Shown here: positions 33,404-43,443 of the stretch, piece after piece
Position numbering within the stretch: position 1 is the stretch's first letter
How the letters are laid out: the number at the start of each line of letters is the position of its first letter
Assembly: GCA_028864905.1 (NCBI GenBank)
Contig: JAGWLP010000002.1
Coordinates: 1-53,573 of the forward strand
Source: Gammaproteobacteria bacterium
GTDB taxonomy: Bacteria; Pseudomonadota; Gammaproteobacteria; Natronospirales; REEB76
Length of the DNA: 53,573 bases
Reading direction: 5' to 3'
The notes under the pieces: model-generated
Told to the model about the DNA's origin: nothing
What the model saw: only the letters and a program-made list of their open reading frames with translations
Database searches by the model: none
Program-made: the position numbers and the translations under genes

Positions 33404-34756
33404 ATGGATCGTCAACTCACGAAAAAATGGCAGCCGGACAGCTGGCAGTCGCATGCGGCCGGTCAGCAGCCGCTGTACGCAGACCCGGCAGCGGTCACGC
33501 GGGTGCTGGATGCCATCCGCCGGCTGCCGCCGCTGGTCACCTGCGGCGAGGTGGACAAGCTGCGTCGGCAATTGGCCGAAGCCGGACGCGGCGAACGCTT
33601 TGTACTGCAGGGCGGCGATTGTGCGGAAAGTTTCGACGCCTGTACCGCGGAGCCGATTGCCAACAAGCTCAAGATCCTGCTGCAGATGAGCCTGGTGCTG
33701 GTGCACGGCCTGAAAAAGCGCGTGGTACGCGTGGGTCGCATCGCCGGCCAATACGCCAAGCCGCGCTCGGCCGACCTGGAAATCCGCGACGGCATCACTC
33801 TGCCGAGTTATCGCGGCGACATCATCAATCACGTGGGATTCTCGGCGGCGGAGCGCCGGGCGGATCCTGCGCTGCTGTTGCGCGGCTATGAGTATGCGGC
33901 GCTCACCCTGAACTATGTGCGCGCGCTGGTGGACGGCGGCTTTGCCGATCTGCACCATCCGGAGCTGTGGGATCTGGAATTCGTACGTCACTCGCCGCTG
34001 GAAGCGGAATACCGGCGCATCGTGCAGTCCATTTCCGATGCCATGAGTTTCATGGAAACCATTTCCGGTCAGTCGCTGTCGGACAGCAGCAGTGTGGATT
34101 TTTTCACCAGCCACGAAGGACTGCATCTGCTGTACGAGCAGGCCCAGACCCAGTTCGTGACCGAGGCGGGGCGCTGGTACAACCTCGCGACGCATTTCCC
34201 CTGGATCGGCATGCGCACCGCCGATGTGGACGGCGCGCACGTGGAATACTTCCGCGGCATCGCCAATCCGATCGCGGTCAAAGTCGGTCCGGACATGGCG
34301 CCGGAACACCTGCTGGCGCTGTGCGCCGCACTCAATCCCGACAATGAGCTGGGACGGCTCACACTGATCCACCGTTTTGGCGCCGCGCGCATCGAGGAAA
34401 AACTGCCGCCACTGGTGGAAGCCGTGCGCAAGACCCGCAAACAGGTGCTGTGGATCTGCGACCCGATGCACGGCAACACCGAACTCACCGCCAGCGGACT
34501 CAAGACGCGGCGCTTCGAGAATATCCTGGGAGAACTGGAATCGTCGTTTGTGTTGCATGCGCGGCTGGGCAGCATCCTCGCCGGCGTGCATTTCGAACTC
34601 ACTGGCGACGACGTGACCGAATGCACCGGCGGGGCGCGCGGCCTCACGGACAACGACCTGGAACGCGCGTACAAATCCCAGGTGGATCCGCGGCTCAATT
34701 ACGAGCAGGCGCTGGAAATGGCGATGCGCATCGTGGCGCGCAAAGCCGGAAAATAA
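33404..34756 (+). CDS. class II 3-deoxy-7-phosphoheptulonate (DAHP) synthase
   Basis: W.P.SW...QQP.Y N-terminus, FVLQGGDCAESF, RIAGQYAKPRS and WICDPMHGNT. At 450 aa it matches the type II enzyme. Confidence 0.9.
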   Translation: MDRQLTKKWQPDSWQSHAAGQQPLYADPAAVTRVLDAIRRLPPLVTCGEVDKLRRQLAEAGRGERFVLQGGDCAESFDACTAEPIANKLKILLQMSLVLVHGLKKRVVRVGRIAGQYAKPRSADLEIRDGITLPSYRGDIINHVGFSAAERRADPALLLRGYEYAALTLNYVRALVDGGFADLHHPELWDLEFVRHSPLEAEYRRIVQSISDAMSFMETISGQSLSDSSSVDFFTSHEGLHLLYEQAQTQFVTEAGRWYNLATHFPWIGMRTADVDGAHVEYFRGIANPIAVKVGPDMAPEHLLALCAALNPDNELGRLTLIHRFGAARIEEKLPPLVEAVRKTRKQVLWICDPMHGNTELTASGLKTRRFENILGELESSFVLHARLGSILAGVHFELTGDDVTECTGGARGLTDNDLERAYKSQVDPRLNYEQALEMAMRIVARKAGK

Positions 34757-34824
34757 ATTTTGATCTTCCGTTCTGATGAGCGCGCGCTGGGCGCAGCAGT
34801 GCAACTTTGCTCAGGTTGTCAAGC

Positions 34825-36156
<1,332 letters not shown>

Positions 36157-36233
36157 ACCAGGAATGCGCTAGGCAATCACGGGGATTTGCCGTAATCTTT
36201 CCGTATCACGCGGGCAAGGGGTACGGTGGTCAC

Positions 36234-36896
36234 ATGATCCGGGTTTTGCTGGTAGATGACCACAAACTGGTGCGCACCGGCATTCGCCTGATCCTCGAAG
36301 ACACGCCGGACATACGCGTGGCGGGCGAGGGCGAATCCGGTGAAGCCGCCCTCGAGCTCAGCCGTTCCCTGGCTATCGATCTGGTGCTGATGGACGTCAG
36401 CATGCCCGGGATCGGCGGCCTCGAAGCCACGCGCCAGCTGTTGGCACGCAATCCGGCGCTCAAGGTGATCGTGGTGTCGGTGCATGCTACCGAGCCGTAT
36501 CCGTTGCAGCTCATGGAAGCCGGCGCGCACGGCTATCTCACCAAGGATTGCGCCGCCGAGGAAATCGTGGCCGCCATCCGCCAAGTGCAGGCCGGCAAGC
36601 GCTACATCACGGCCAGCATCGCGCAGCAGCTGGCACTCGCCAAAGTGGATGCCAACCGCGGCTCGCCCTTCGAGCAGTTGTCGCAACGCGAAATGCAGGT
36701 GATGCTGATGATTACCGACGGCCAGCCGTCGCAGGCCATCGCCGGAAGGTTGCATTTGAGCCCCAAGACGGTCAGCACTTATCGCGCACGTCTGTTCGCC
36801 AAACTCGGCGTTACCAATGCCGTCGAATTGACGCGGCTCGCACTGCGTTACGGCGTAATCGAGGAGAAGCCACAGCACACCGGCCCGCACGAGTGA
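36234..36896 (+). CDS. uvrY: UvrY/GacA-type response regulator (REC + LuxR HTH)
   Basis: ATG at 36234 gives MIRVLLVDDHKLVRTGI...DLVLMDVSMPG. The C-terminal HTH is LSQREMQVMLMITDG...IAGRLHLSPKTVSTYR. Its position upstream of uvrC is conserved. Confidence 0.85.
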   Translation: MIRVLLVDDHKLVRTGIRLILEDTPDIRVAGEGESGEAALELSRSLAIDLVLMDVSMPGIGGLEATRQLLARNPALKVIVVSVHATEPYPLQLMEAGAHGYLTKDCAAEEIVAAIRQVQAGKRYITASIAQQLALAKVDANRGSPFEQLSQREMQVMLMITDGQPSQAIAGRLHLSPKTVSTYRARLFAKLGVTNAVELTRLALRYGVIEEKPQHTGPHE

Positions 36897-36949
36897 CGCT
36901 CGCGACATCCGATTGACATGTGCACTTTCCGGCCCGACATCCAGCATCC

Positions 36950-38776
36950 ATGACGGACAAGCGCGTTTTTGACAGCAAACGTTTTCTCGCCCATGTCACC
37001 CAGTCACCGGGCGTGTATCGCATGCTGGATGCGCGCGGCGAGATTCTGTACGTGGGCAAGGCGGGAAATCTCAAGAAGCGCCTGACCAGCTACTTCCGCA
37101 AGACCGGACAATCGCCGAAGACCCGGGCGATGCTGGCGCACCTGACGTCCATCGAGGTAAGCGTCACGCACACCGAAACGGAAGCGCTGCTGCTCGAAAA
37201 CAACCTCATCAAGGCGCAGCGCCCGCGCTACAACGTGGTGCTGCGCGACGACAAGAGCTATCCCTACATCCGCATCGAGACCGGCATGCGCTTCCCGCGC
37301 CTGAGCGTGTATCGCGGGCCGCAACGCTCTGGCAGCCGTTATTTCGGCCCGTACCCGAGCGCGCACGCAGCACGTGAAACCGTAGTGCTGTTGCAGAAGC
37401 TGTTCCGCTTGCGCCCATGCAATGACGCGTTTTTCCGCAACCGTACCCGGCCATGCCTGCAGTATCAGATCCAGCGCTGCACTGCGCCGTGCGTAAACCT
37501 CATCAGTCAGGATGATTATGCCGAAGAGGTGCAACACGCCATCCTGTTTCTCGAAGGCCGCACGCGTGAAGTCATGGATGCCATGGTCCAGCGCATGGAA
37601 GCGGCGTCCAGCGCGCAGAACTACGAGCTGGCCGTGCGCTATCGCGACCAGATTGCGAGTTTGCGCCGCACTGCCGAACGCCAGCATGTCGATTCCGCGC
37701 GCGGTGATTGCGACGTGATCGCCGCCAGCTCGCGTGCAGGCCTGCATTGCGTAGCGGTGATGCTGGTGCGCGGCGGCCACAGCCTCGGCAGCCGGGCGTT
37801 TTTCCCGAAGACCGTGGGTGAGACTTCCGCGCAGGAAGTGTTGGCCGCGTTTCTGCCCCAGTATTATCTCGGCCGCGACATCCCGCGGGAGATTCTGGTA
37901 TCGGAAAAATTCACCGATGCGGCGCTGCTCGCTGAAACCGTGGCATCCCAGTCCGGGCACCGGGTCGCCATCCGCCGTCCGCTGCGTGGCGAGGGCGTCA
38001 AACTCCTGAGGCTGGCGCGTGCCAATGCCCTGCAGTCGCTGAATTTGCGCTTGGCCATGGACGCGGGTTTGCGGGAGCGCTACGAAGCGCTGCGCGAAAT
38101 TCTCAACCTGGATCAGTTGCCCGCGCGCCTCGAGTGCTTCGATGTCAGTCACACCATGGGCGAGGGTACGGTGGCATCCTGCGTGGTGTTCAATACCGAG
38201 GGCCCGGCCAAGGCGCAGTACCGGCGCTTCAATATAGAAGGAGTGGCACCGGGCGACGATTACGGCGCGATGCATCAGGCACTCATACGGCGCTATACAC
38301 GTCTCAAAAAAGGTGAGGGCGAAATCCCCGACGTGTTGTTGATTGATGGCGGCAAGGGCCAGTTGCACGCGGCCGAAAAGGTGCTGGAAGAGCTGCAGGT
38401 CGAAGGCGTCACGCTCGTGGCGGTCGCCAAGGGGCCAGGGCGCCGGCCGGGTTTGGAGCAGCTTTTCTTGTCGGGCAGGGGGGCGCCACTTATACTGCCG
38501 CCCGATTCGCCGGCCCTGCATCTGATTCAGCAGATCCGCGACGAGGCGCACCGCTTTGCCATCGCCGGGCACCGATTGCGGCGGGCCCGGGCGCGCAGGA
38601 CTTCGGTTCTGGAAAGTGTCGCGGGCCTGGGTCCCAAGCGGCGCCAACTGCTGCTCAAGCAATTCGGCGGGCTGCAGGGCATCACGCGCGCCGGGGTTGA
38701 GGATTTGACCAGCGTGCGGGGCATTGGCCGGGAGCTGGCGGTGCAGATTTATGCCCTGTTCCACGATAACCATTGA
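36950..38776 (+). CDS. uvrC: excinuclease ABC subunit C
   Basis: ATG at 36950. The GIY-YIG motif is PGVYRMLDARGEILYVGKAGNLKKR, with UvrB-binding, endonuclease V-like and C-terminal HhH regions also present. Confidence 0.95.
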   Translation: MTDKRVFDSKRFLAHVTQSPGVYRMLDARGEILYVGKAGNLKKRLTSYFRKTGQSPKTRAMLAHLTSIEVSVTHTETEALLLENNLIKAQRPRYNVVLRDDKSYPYIRIETGMRFPRLSVYRGPQRSGSRYFGPYPSAHAARETVVLLQKLFRLRPCNDAFFRNRTRPCLQYQIQRCTAPCVNLISQDDYAEEVQHAILFLEGRTREVMDAMVQRMEAASSAQNYELAVRYRDQIASLRRTAERQHVDSARGDCDVIAASSRAGLHCVAVMLVRGGHSLGSRAFFPKTVGETSAQEVLAAFLPQYYLGRDIPREILVSEKFTDAALLAETVASQSGHRVAIRRPLRGEGVKLLRLARANALQSLNLRLAMDAGLRERYEALREILNLDQLPARLECFDVSHTMGEGTVASCVVFNTEGPAKAQYRRFNIEGVAPGDDYGAMHQALIRRYTRLKKGEGEIPDVLLIDGGKGQLHAAEKVLEELQVEGVTLVAVAKGPGRRPGLEQLFLSGRGAPLILPPDSPALHLIQQIRDEAHRFAIAGHRLRRARARRTSVLESVAGLGPKRRQLLLKQFGGLQGITRAGVEDLTSVRGIGRELAVQIYALFHDNH

Positions 38777-38785
38777 GCACGACGC

Positions 38786-39355
38786 TTGAAGTTCAATTCG
38801 CCAAATATTCTGACGCTGCTGCGCATCGCGCTGATCCCGGTGTTCGTGGTGGTGTTTTACCTGCCGTTTACCTGGGCCCCGCCGGTGAGCGCGCTGGTTT
38901 TTGCGCTGGCCGCCGTGACCGACTGGTTTGATGGCTGGCTGGCACGTCGCTGGAATGAGACCTCGGCCTTCGGCGCGTTCATGGATCCGGTGGCCGACAA
39001 GCTCATGGTGGTGGCGGCACTGGTGCTGATCCTGCAGGCCGATCCGCGCGTGGCCATGGCCATCCCCGTCATGATCATCATCGGACGCGAACTCACGATC
39101 TCGGCATTGCGCGAATGGATGGCCGAGCTGGGTTCGCGCAAGCATGTGCCGGTGAGCTGGCTCGGCAAGGTCAAGACCGCAGCGCAGATGGCGGCTATCG
39201 TGCTGCTCCTGTATCGCTATCCAATTGGACGCGTACCGATCTACGACATCGGTGTGGGCTTGTTGGTGATCGCCGCGGCGTTGACGCTCTGGTCCATGAG
39301 CCTGTACCTGCTCGCCGCCTGGCCGGAGTTGAAGAGGGACCGAAGCGCGCCTTGA
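38786..39355 (+). CDS. pgsA: CDP-diacylglycerol--glycerol-3-phosphate 3-phosphatidyltransferase
   Basis: TTG start. The product begins MKFNSPNILTLLRIALIP and carries the CDP-alcohol phosphotransferase motif DWFDGWLAR...GAFMDPVADK. Confidence 0.9.
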   Translation: MKFNSPNILTLLRIALIPVFVVVFYLPFTWAPPVSALVFALAAVTDWFDGWLARRWNETSAFGAFMDPVADKLMVVAALVLILQADPRVAMAIPVMIIIGRELTISALREWMAELGSRKHVPVSWLGKVKTAAQMAAIVLLLYRYPIGRVPIYDIGVGLLVIAAALTLWSMSLYLLAAWPELKRDRSAP

Positions 39356-39391
39356 CAGGCCCGGGGCGAGCCTGCAATATCGCGCCCCTGC

Positions 39392-39467
39392 GCGGGAATA
39401 GCTCAGTTGGTAGAGCGCAACCTTGCCAAGGTTGAGGTCGCGAGTTCGAGCCTCGTTTCCCGCTCCA
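39392..39467 (+). tRNA. glyW: tRNA-Gly (anticodon GCC)
   Basis: GCGGGAATAGCTCAGTTGGTAGAGCGCAACCTTGCCAAGGTTGAGGTCGCGAGTTCGAGCCTCGTTTCCCGCTCCA. The cloverleaf folds by eye and CCA is encoded. Confidence 0.95.
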
Positions 39468-39475
39468 GATTCAAA

Positions 39476-39498
39476 CCTCGGCCGCACCGGGGTTTTTT
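39476..39498 (+). terminator. hairpin plus T-run directly after tRNA-Gly
   Basis: CCTCGG-ccgca-CCGGGG (6 bp including one G:U) followed by TTTTTT. Confidence 0.55.
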
Positions 39499-39584
39499 GT
39501 TGTTTTGTCCGCACACGGTCGCGCCTGCGCTGAAGCTGTACGGCCGTGTATGGTAAATTTCTCCGGCTTTTCCGTTTCAGGAAT

Positions 39585-39655
39585 GGCTAGGTGGCAGAGT
39601 GGTCATGCAGCGGCCTGCAAAGCCGTGTACGCCGGTTCGATTCCGACCCTAGCCT
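39585..39655 (+). tRNA. cysT: tRNA-Cys (anticodon GCA)
   Basis: Acceptor stem GGCTAGG/CCTAGCC, anticodon loop CTGCAAA, discriminator T, and CCA not encoded. There is a G13:A22 mismatch in the D stem; E. coli tRNA-Cys has an analogous 13:22 (A:A) mismatch. There is one C:A mismatch in the T stem. Confidence 0.85.
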
Positions 39656-39675
39656 CGTTGATGTTTGACCTGCCC

Positions 39676-39764
39676 GCCCGGGTGGCGGAACTGGTAGACG
39701 CAAGGGACTTAAAATCCCTTGGCTGGCAACGGCCGTGCCGGTTCGAATCCGGCCCCGGGCACCA
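39676..39764 (+). tRNA. leuZ: tRNA-Leu (anticodon TAA), long variable arm
   Basis: Acceptor stem GCCCGGG/CCCGGGC, anticodon loop CTTAAAA, T arm GCCGG-TTCGAAT-CCGGC, and an encoded ACCA tail. Confidence 0.9.
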
Positions 39765-39936
39765 ATTTGGCGATGCGCGTCATGCTCAAAGAGCCATCCA
39801 TGGCATGAAGTCCAGCCCCGACATCGTGTCGGAGCGTTCGTGCCGACGCGAGTGATGCTCGCATGCAAGCGCGGCTCTCCGTGCCCAGAACCACCGCTAC
39901 GACGGCCGCTCGGTCGCACTGCAGGCGCTGCACAGG

Positions 39937-41970
39937 TCAGTGCAAGGTTCCGCCTGCGGAGCTGCGGGAGCGTACGGCTTTTACGTCGTTGGCGGTAACC
40001 GGCTTGCCCTGGTTGCCCCATGACGAGCGCTCATGGTTGATGATGTCGGCGATTTGCGCGTCATTGAGCACGCTGGCGAAGGGTGGCATTGGAGTTGGAT
40101 AAGTCCGACCGCCGATGTTGCGACCGTGTGCACCACGCAGAATCGTTTTGATCTGCTCCTCCGGATCCGGGTTCAGCACGACGGGGTCGTCCTTGAGTGG
40201 TGGAAACGCTCCCGGCAAACCCATGCCGGCGGGTTGATGGCAGGCGGCACAGTTGGCTGAGTAGAGTGAAGCACCTTGGGTTGCATCGTATTTGTAGGGA
40301 CCGGCAGGTTCGAGAGTAGCTGATGGAGCGCGGGCACCAGAATGCGCCGCCGTCACCGGTGAAGCCGCAGGCGCGCTCACTTGGGGTGACGGCGGGGCAG
40401 TACCGGGTGCCAGCACGTTAAAAACGCCTTGTGCGCCGATCATCGCGTGCGCCATATCGTGGTCCACAAAGGCGTATTTGCCCGGTTCCGGGATCACCAG
40501 ATCGAATATCGCGCCGGCGCCCGGACCCACGGTGTAGGTGGAAATGCCGCTCAAGGCGTGTGCAGCGTCGCCATCGGGATAAATTTTGTCGAACATCGCG
40601 CCGATTACGTGGAATGAACTCCACAGGTCCGGACCGGCGTCCACGAAATAAATGCGCACGCGTTCGCCGGCCGTGACCTGCAGAGGATGATCGCGGTACT
40701 GGAAGGCCGCGCCGTTGAAGACCACTTCGTCGGGGCGTTCCTGCAACATCTTCTCGAAATCCGGGCCCATCAAATGGCCGGAAACCTGCTGGGTGTACCA
40801 CTCGCTTTGCACGATCACGTAACTGTCGGCGGCCTTTGGCAGCGGCGTGACCGGATCCACGACGATGGCGCCGTACATGCCGTTGCCGATGTGCAGCAGC
40901 ACCGGCGGCGTGCCGCAGTGATACAGGAACACGCCGGGGGTGCTCGCCACGAACGAAAACTTGATGCTCTTGCCCGGATCCACGTCCACGTAATGCAGGC
41001 TGGGCGGAGTGATCGCGGCGTGAAAGTCAATCGAGTGCTGCATCGTGCCGTGGTTGGTGAAGGTCACGTTGGCCGTCTGGCCTTGGCGAACGTGGATGAC
41101 GGGGCCGGGAACCGTACCACCGTAAGTCCATGCCATATAGTCAACGCCGCTGGCGATGGCAACCTTGTCGTCGGTCGTCACCAAATCAACATTGACGCTG
41201 TTGCCGGTACCGACGAGCGGCGGCAGGCGCGCATCGCGCGTGGTGGAGATAGGCGTGCTCGAAGCGAGCACCAGCGGTGAAACCGCCGCCGCGGCCGCCG
41301 CAGGCGAGGGCGATTTGACGTTGAAGGCGCTGTGCAATCCAAGCACCAAGAGGACAAGCAACACCACGATCCCGGCCATGGCCGGGACCTGCACGCGCCA
41401 CGGCAGTGCCATGCGCACACGCGGGCGGGTCGTGTCGCGGCTCCACTCGGTAACCAGTTGCCATTTCGGCCAGCGACGTTCGATCAGGTAATCGAGGCTG
41501 TAAGGAATGAACCCGGCGCGGTAGTCGAGGCCGATCAAGGCCACGAAAATCAGCACGTAGCTGATTGCAGTACCCATGTTGGCCGCGCCTACCGTGTAGG
41601 GACCGCCGAAACCTTCGGCCGTGCTCCACACCGCCAGGCTGAACAGCGCCCCCAGCACGTACAGGGTTCGGCGCCCAAAACCAACCAGCAGCGCAAACGC
41701 CAGCACACTCTCGATGATGCGTGTGACCCAAATAAACAGACCGGCATTGGGCGTGACCACGGCAATCCACAGGTGGAACCAGCCGGCCGACCAACCCGGC
41801 TGTCCCTGGGCCGCGTTGTGCAAGTAGCCGACGTAGTGAAGCGCGAAGTCGGGCGTCCAGGTGAGCGCCGCACCCACCGCCCAAATGATGCCGAAGGCGA
41901 CGCGCAGCGCCGTAGTGGCTATGGCCGGCCAGGTTGCGACGAAGCGGTCGTGAGGATCTGTATCCGACAT
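39937..41970 (-). CDS. nirK: copper-containing nitrite reductase NirK with N-terminal polytopic membrane domain and C-terminal cytochrome c domain
   Basis: ATG at 41968-41970 (MSDTDPHD). About 220 aa of TM helices come first. The cupredoxin core has HSIDFH (T1/T2 Cu His plus catalytic Asp), YHCGTPPVLLHIGNGM (His-Cys...His...Met), SFHVIG and FVDHDMAH. The C-terminal domain carries CAACH. Confidence 0.85.
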   Translation of the reverse strand: MSDTDPHDRFVATWPAIATTALRVAFGIIWAVGAALTWTPDFALHYVGYLHNAAQGQPGWSAGWFHLWIAVVTPNAGLFIWVTRIIESVLAFALLVGFGRRTLYVLGALFSLAVWSTAEGFGGPYTVGAANMGTAISYVLIFVALIGLDYRAGFIPYSLDYLIERRWPKWQLVTEWSRDTTRPRVRMALPWRVQVPAMAGIVVLLVLLVLGLHSAFNVKSPSPAAAAAAVSPLVLASSTPISTTRDARLPPLVGTGNSVNVDLVTTDDKVAIASGVDYMAWTYGGTVPGPVIHVRQGQTANVTFTNHGTMQHSIDFHAAITPPSLHYVDVDPGKSIKFSFVASTPGVFLYHCGTPPVLLHIGNGMYGAIVVDPVTPLPKAADSYVIVQSEWYTQQVSGHLMGPDFEKMLQERPDEVVFNGAAFQYRDHPLQVTAGERVRIYFVDAGPDLWSSFHVIGAMFDKIYPDGDAAHALSGISTYTVGPGAGAIFDLVIPEPGKYAFVDHDMAHAMIGAQGVFNVLAPGTAPPSPQVSAPAASPVTAAHSGARAPSATLEPAGPYKYDATQGASLYSANCAACHQPAGMGLPGAFPPLKDDPVVLNPDPEEQIKTILRGAHGRNIGGRTYPTPMPPFASVLNDAQIADIINHERSSWGNQGKPVTANDVKAVRSRSSAGGTLH

Positions 41971-42220
41971 GAAAAATCTCTGATTTGAAGCTGCGTAGTT
42001 TATCCGCGGTGACCTTGGTAAGGCCTCTCCGGAGGCACGCACCTACCGAGGTCGACTGGCGCCAGCGATACGGTATGCACTCCGCGGGTGCCAGTAAATA
42101 GCCGTGGGCCGAGTCGCGCTCTCGCGCGGAACCCCGCACCTCCGCCGTGCGCATTGTTGACCGCACGGAGAATATCGTGATTCATTCGGCTGATGTTCCG
42201 GTTTTTGAAACCCCGGCGCG

Positions 42221-42234
42221 CTGATTTGGATCAA
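42221..42234. promoter_or_regulatory. FNR/Dnr-type box, 9/10 match (CTGAT-ttgg-ATCAA)
   Basis: Read directly from the sequence. It lies about 250 nt upstream of the nirK start in the nirK / 42440-operon divergent spacer. Confidence 0.5.
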
Positions 42235-42375
42235 TAAAAACGTCGGCTGATCCCCAGACCGGCGATGTCGCCCGTGGGCGCAGGAGCAAAGGCAGCGGTG
42301 GGCGGTGTTGGATTAGGTATCCGGACGTCGTCATTGTACGAGACCTCGGTAGCACCAGCAGCGGTTGGCATGAGC

Positions 42376-42389
42376 TTGATATAGATCAA
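42376..42389. promoter_or_regulatory. FNR/Dnr-type box, perfect (TTGAT-atag-ATCAA)
   Basis: The palindrome centre is about 57 nt upstream of the ATG at 42440. This suits a class II (-41.5) activator site with a short leader that contains AAGGAG. Confidence 0.7.
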
Positions 42390-42439
42390 TGCGGTTCCCC
42401 GGCGTGACGCGGCAGACTCCCGATGCAAGGAGTGTTGAG

Positions 42440-42904
42440 ATGGCCGATGTTGCGGTTGCCCTGGTTGTGCATGTGCTGTCGGTGGTGTGGTGGATCGGGA
42501 GCCTGGCGTTCATCACCGCGGTGTTCCTGCCGTTGTTGCGCAAGGCGCAGCTCGGGGATGAACAGGCGGCCTTCCATGCCATTGAGAACCGCTTCGAGCC
42601 GCAGGCGCGCATCGCCGTGGTGTTGGTGGGCCTGTCCGGCATTTACCTGCTGTTCCGGCTGAACCTCTGGTCCGTGTTCCTGCAGGCCAGGTTCTGGTGG
42701 CTGGATGCCATGGCCCTGTACTGGCTGCTGTTCATGCTGCTGTTGTTCGTGCTCGGACCCACAGGCGTGCTGCGGCATGTCATGCGCCGCGGCGGCGATG
42801 AGATGGCCCGCTGGCGCCGCATGCAACGGGTACATCTGGTGTTGCTGGTGATTGCGCTGGTGATTATCGCCGGCGCGGTATCGGGCAGTCACGGCTTCGG
42901 ATGA
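42440..42904 (+). CDS. small 4-TM membrane protein, uncharacterised
   Basis: ATG at 42440 lies 7 nt after AAGGAG. It has four hydrophobic helices, and the first (HVLSVVWWIGSLAF) loosely resembles CopD/HemJ-type helices. Its stop overlaps the next start (ATGA). Confidence 0.6.
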   Translation: MADVAVALVVHVLSVVWWIGSLAFITAVFLPLLRKAQLGDEQAAFHAIENRFEPQARIAVVLVGLSGIYLLFRLNLWSVFLQARFWWLDAMALYWLLFMLLLFVLGPTGVLRHVMRRGGDEMARWRRMQRVHLVLLVIALVIIAGAVSGSHGFG

Positions 42905-43443
42905 GGTCCATGCTGAGTTTCGATCCCTTTGCCGTGCTGGCCGACGAGCACGCAGTGCTCACGCAGTTGTTCGCCCGCCACCAGGCTGCCTTGGTCACGC
43001 GCGCGTGGGCACGCGCTGCACGCCTGCTGGATTCCCACCGGAAACGGCTGGCCCAGCACATCGAACTGGAAGAGCATTATCTTTTGCCTTATTGCCCGCG
43101 CGAGAAGTTGCCGAATCAATGGCCGGCACGGGTTTATTCCGCGGAACATCAGCGCATTCAGGAGCTGGCCAGCAAGCTGAACCTGCGGTTTGCCAAGCTG
43201 CGCCGTCGCGGCGTCACCACCACGACCCTGATTGCCTTGCTCGACGAGGAAAAGACACTGAAACACATCCTGGGACATCACCATGCGCGGGAGGAGACGG
43301 CATTGTTTGTGAACTTGTCGCAGGCGTTGTCCGAGACGCAGCGCGATGAGCTTGCCCAGGCACTCAGGCACCCCCCGCATTGCAGGCCAATGGTGCCCGT
43401 TAGTGCACGTGCCGGCGCAACGCCTCGGTATCCAGGATCGTGA
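42901..43443 (+). CDS. hemerythrin-like (HHE cation-binding) domain protein
   Basis: Repeated H/E motifs (ADEHAVL, HIELEEHYLLPY, AEHQRIQEL, LGHHHAREE). The last 44 nt overlap the convergent regulator gene. Confidence 0.65.
   Translation: MRSMLSFDPFAVLADEHAVLTQLFARHQAALVTRAWARAARLLDSHRKRLAQHIELEEHYLLPYCPREKLPNQWPARVYSAEHQRIQELASKLNLRFAKLRRRGVTTTTLIALLDEEKTLKHILGHHHAREETALFVNLSQALSETQRDELAQALRHPPHCRPMVPVSARAGATPRYPGS

Noticed and set aside
42231-42428. 65-aa minus-strand ORF (or its 46-aa ATG-started version) in the nirK upstream spacer.
   Set aside because: It has no RBS and its composition is Pro/Ala/Thr-rich. It spans one Dnr box and abuts the other, so it more likely reflects promoter and leader DNA than a coding region.
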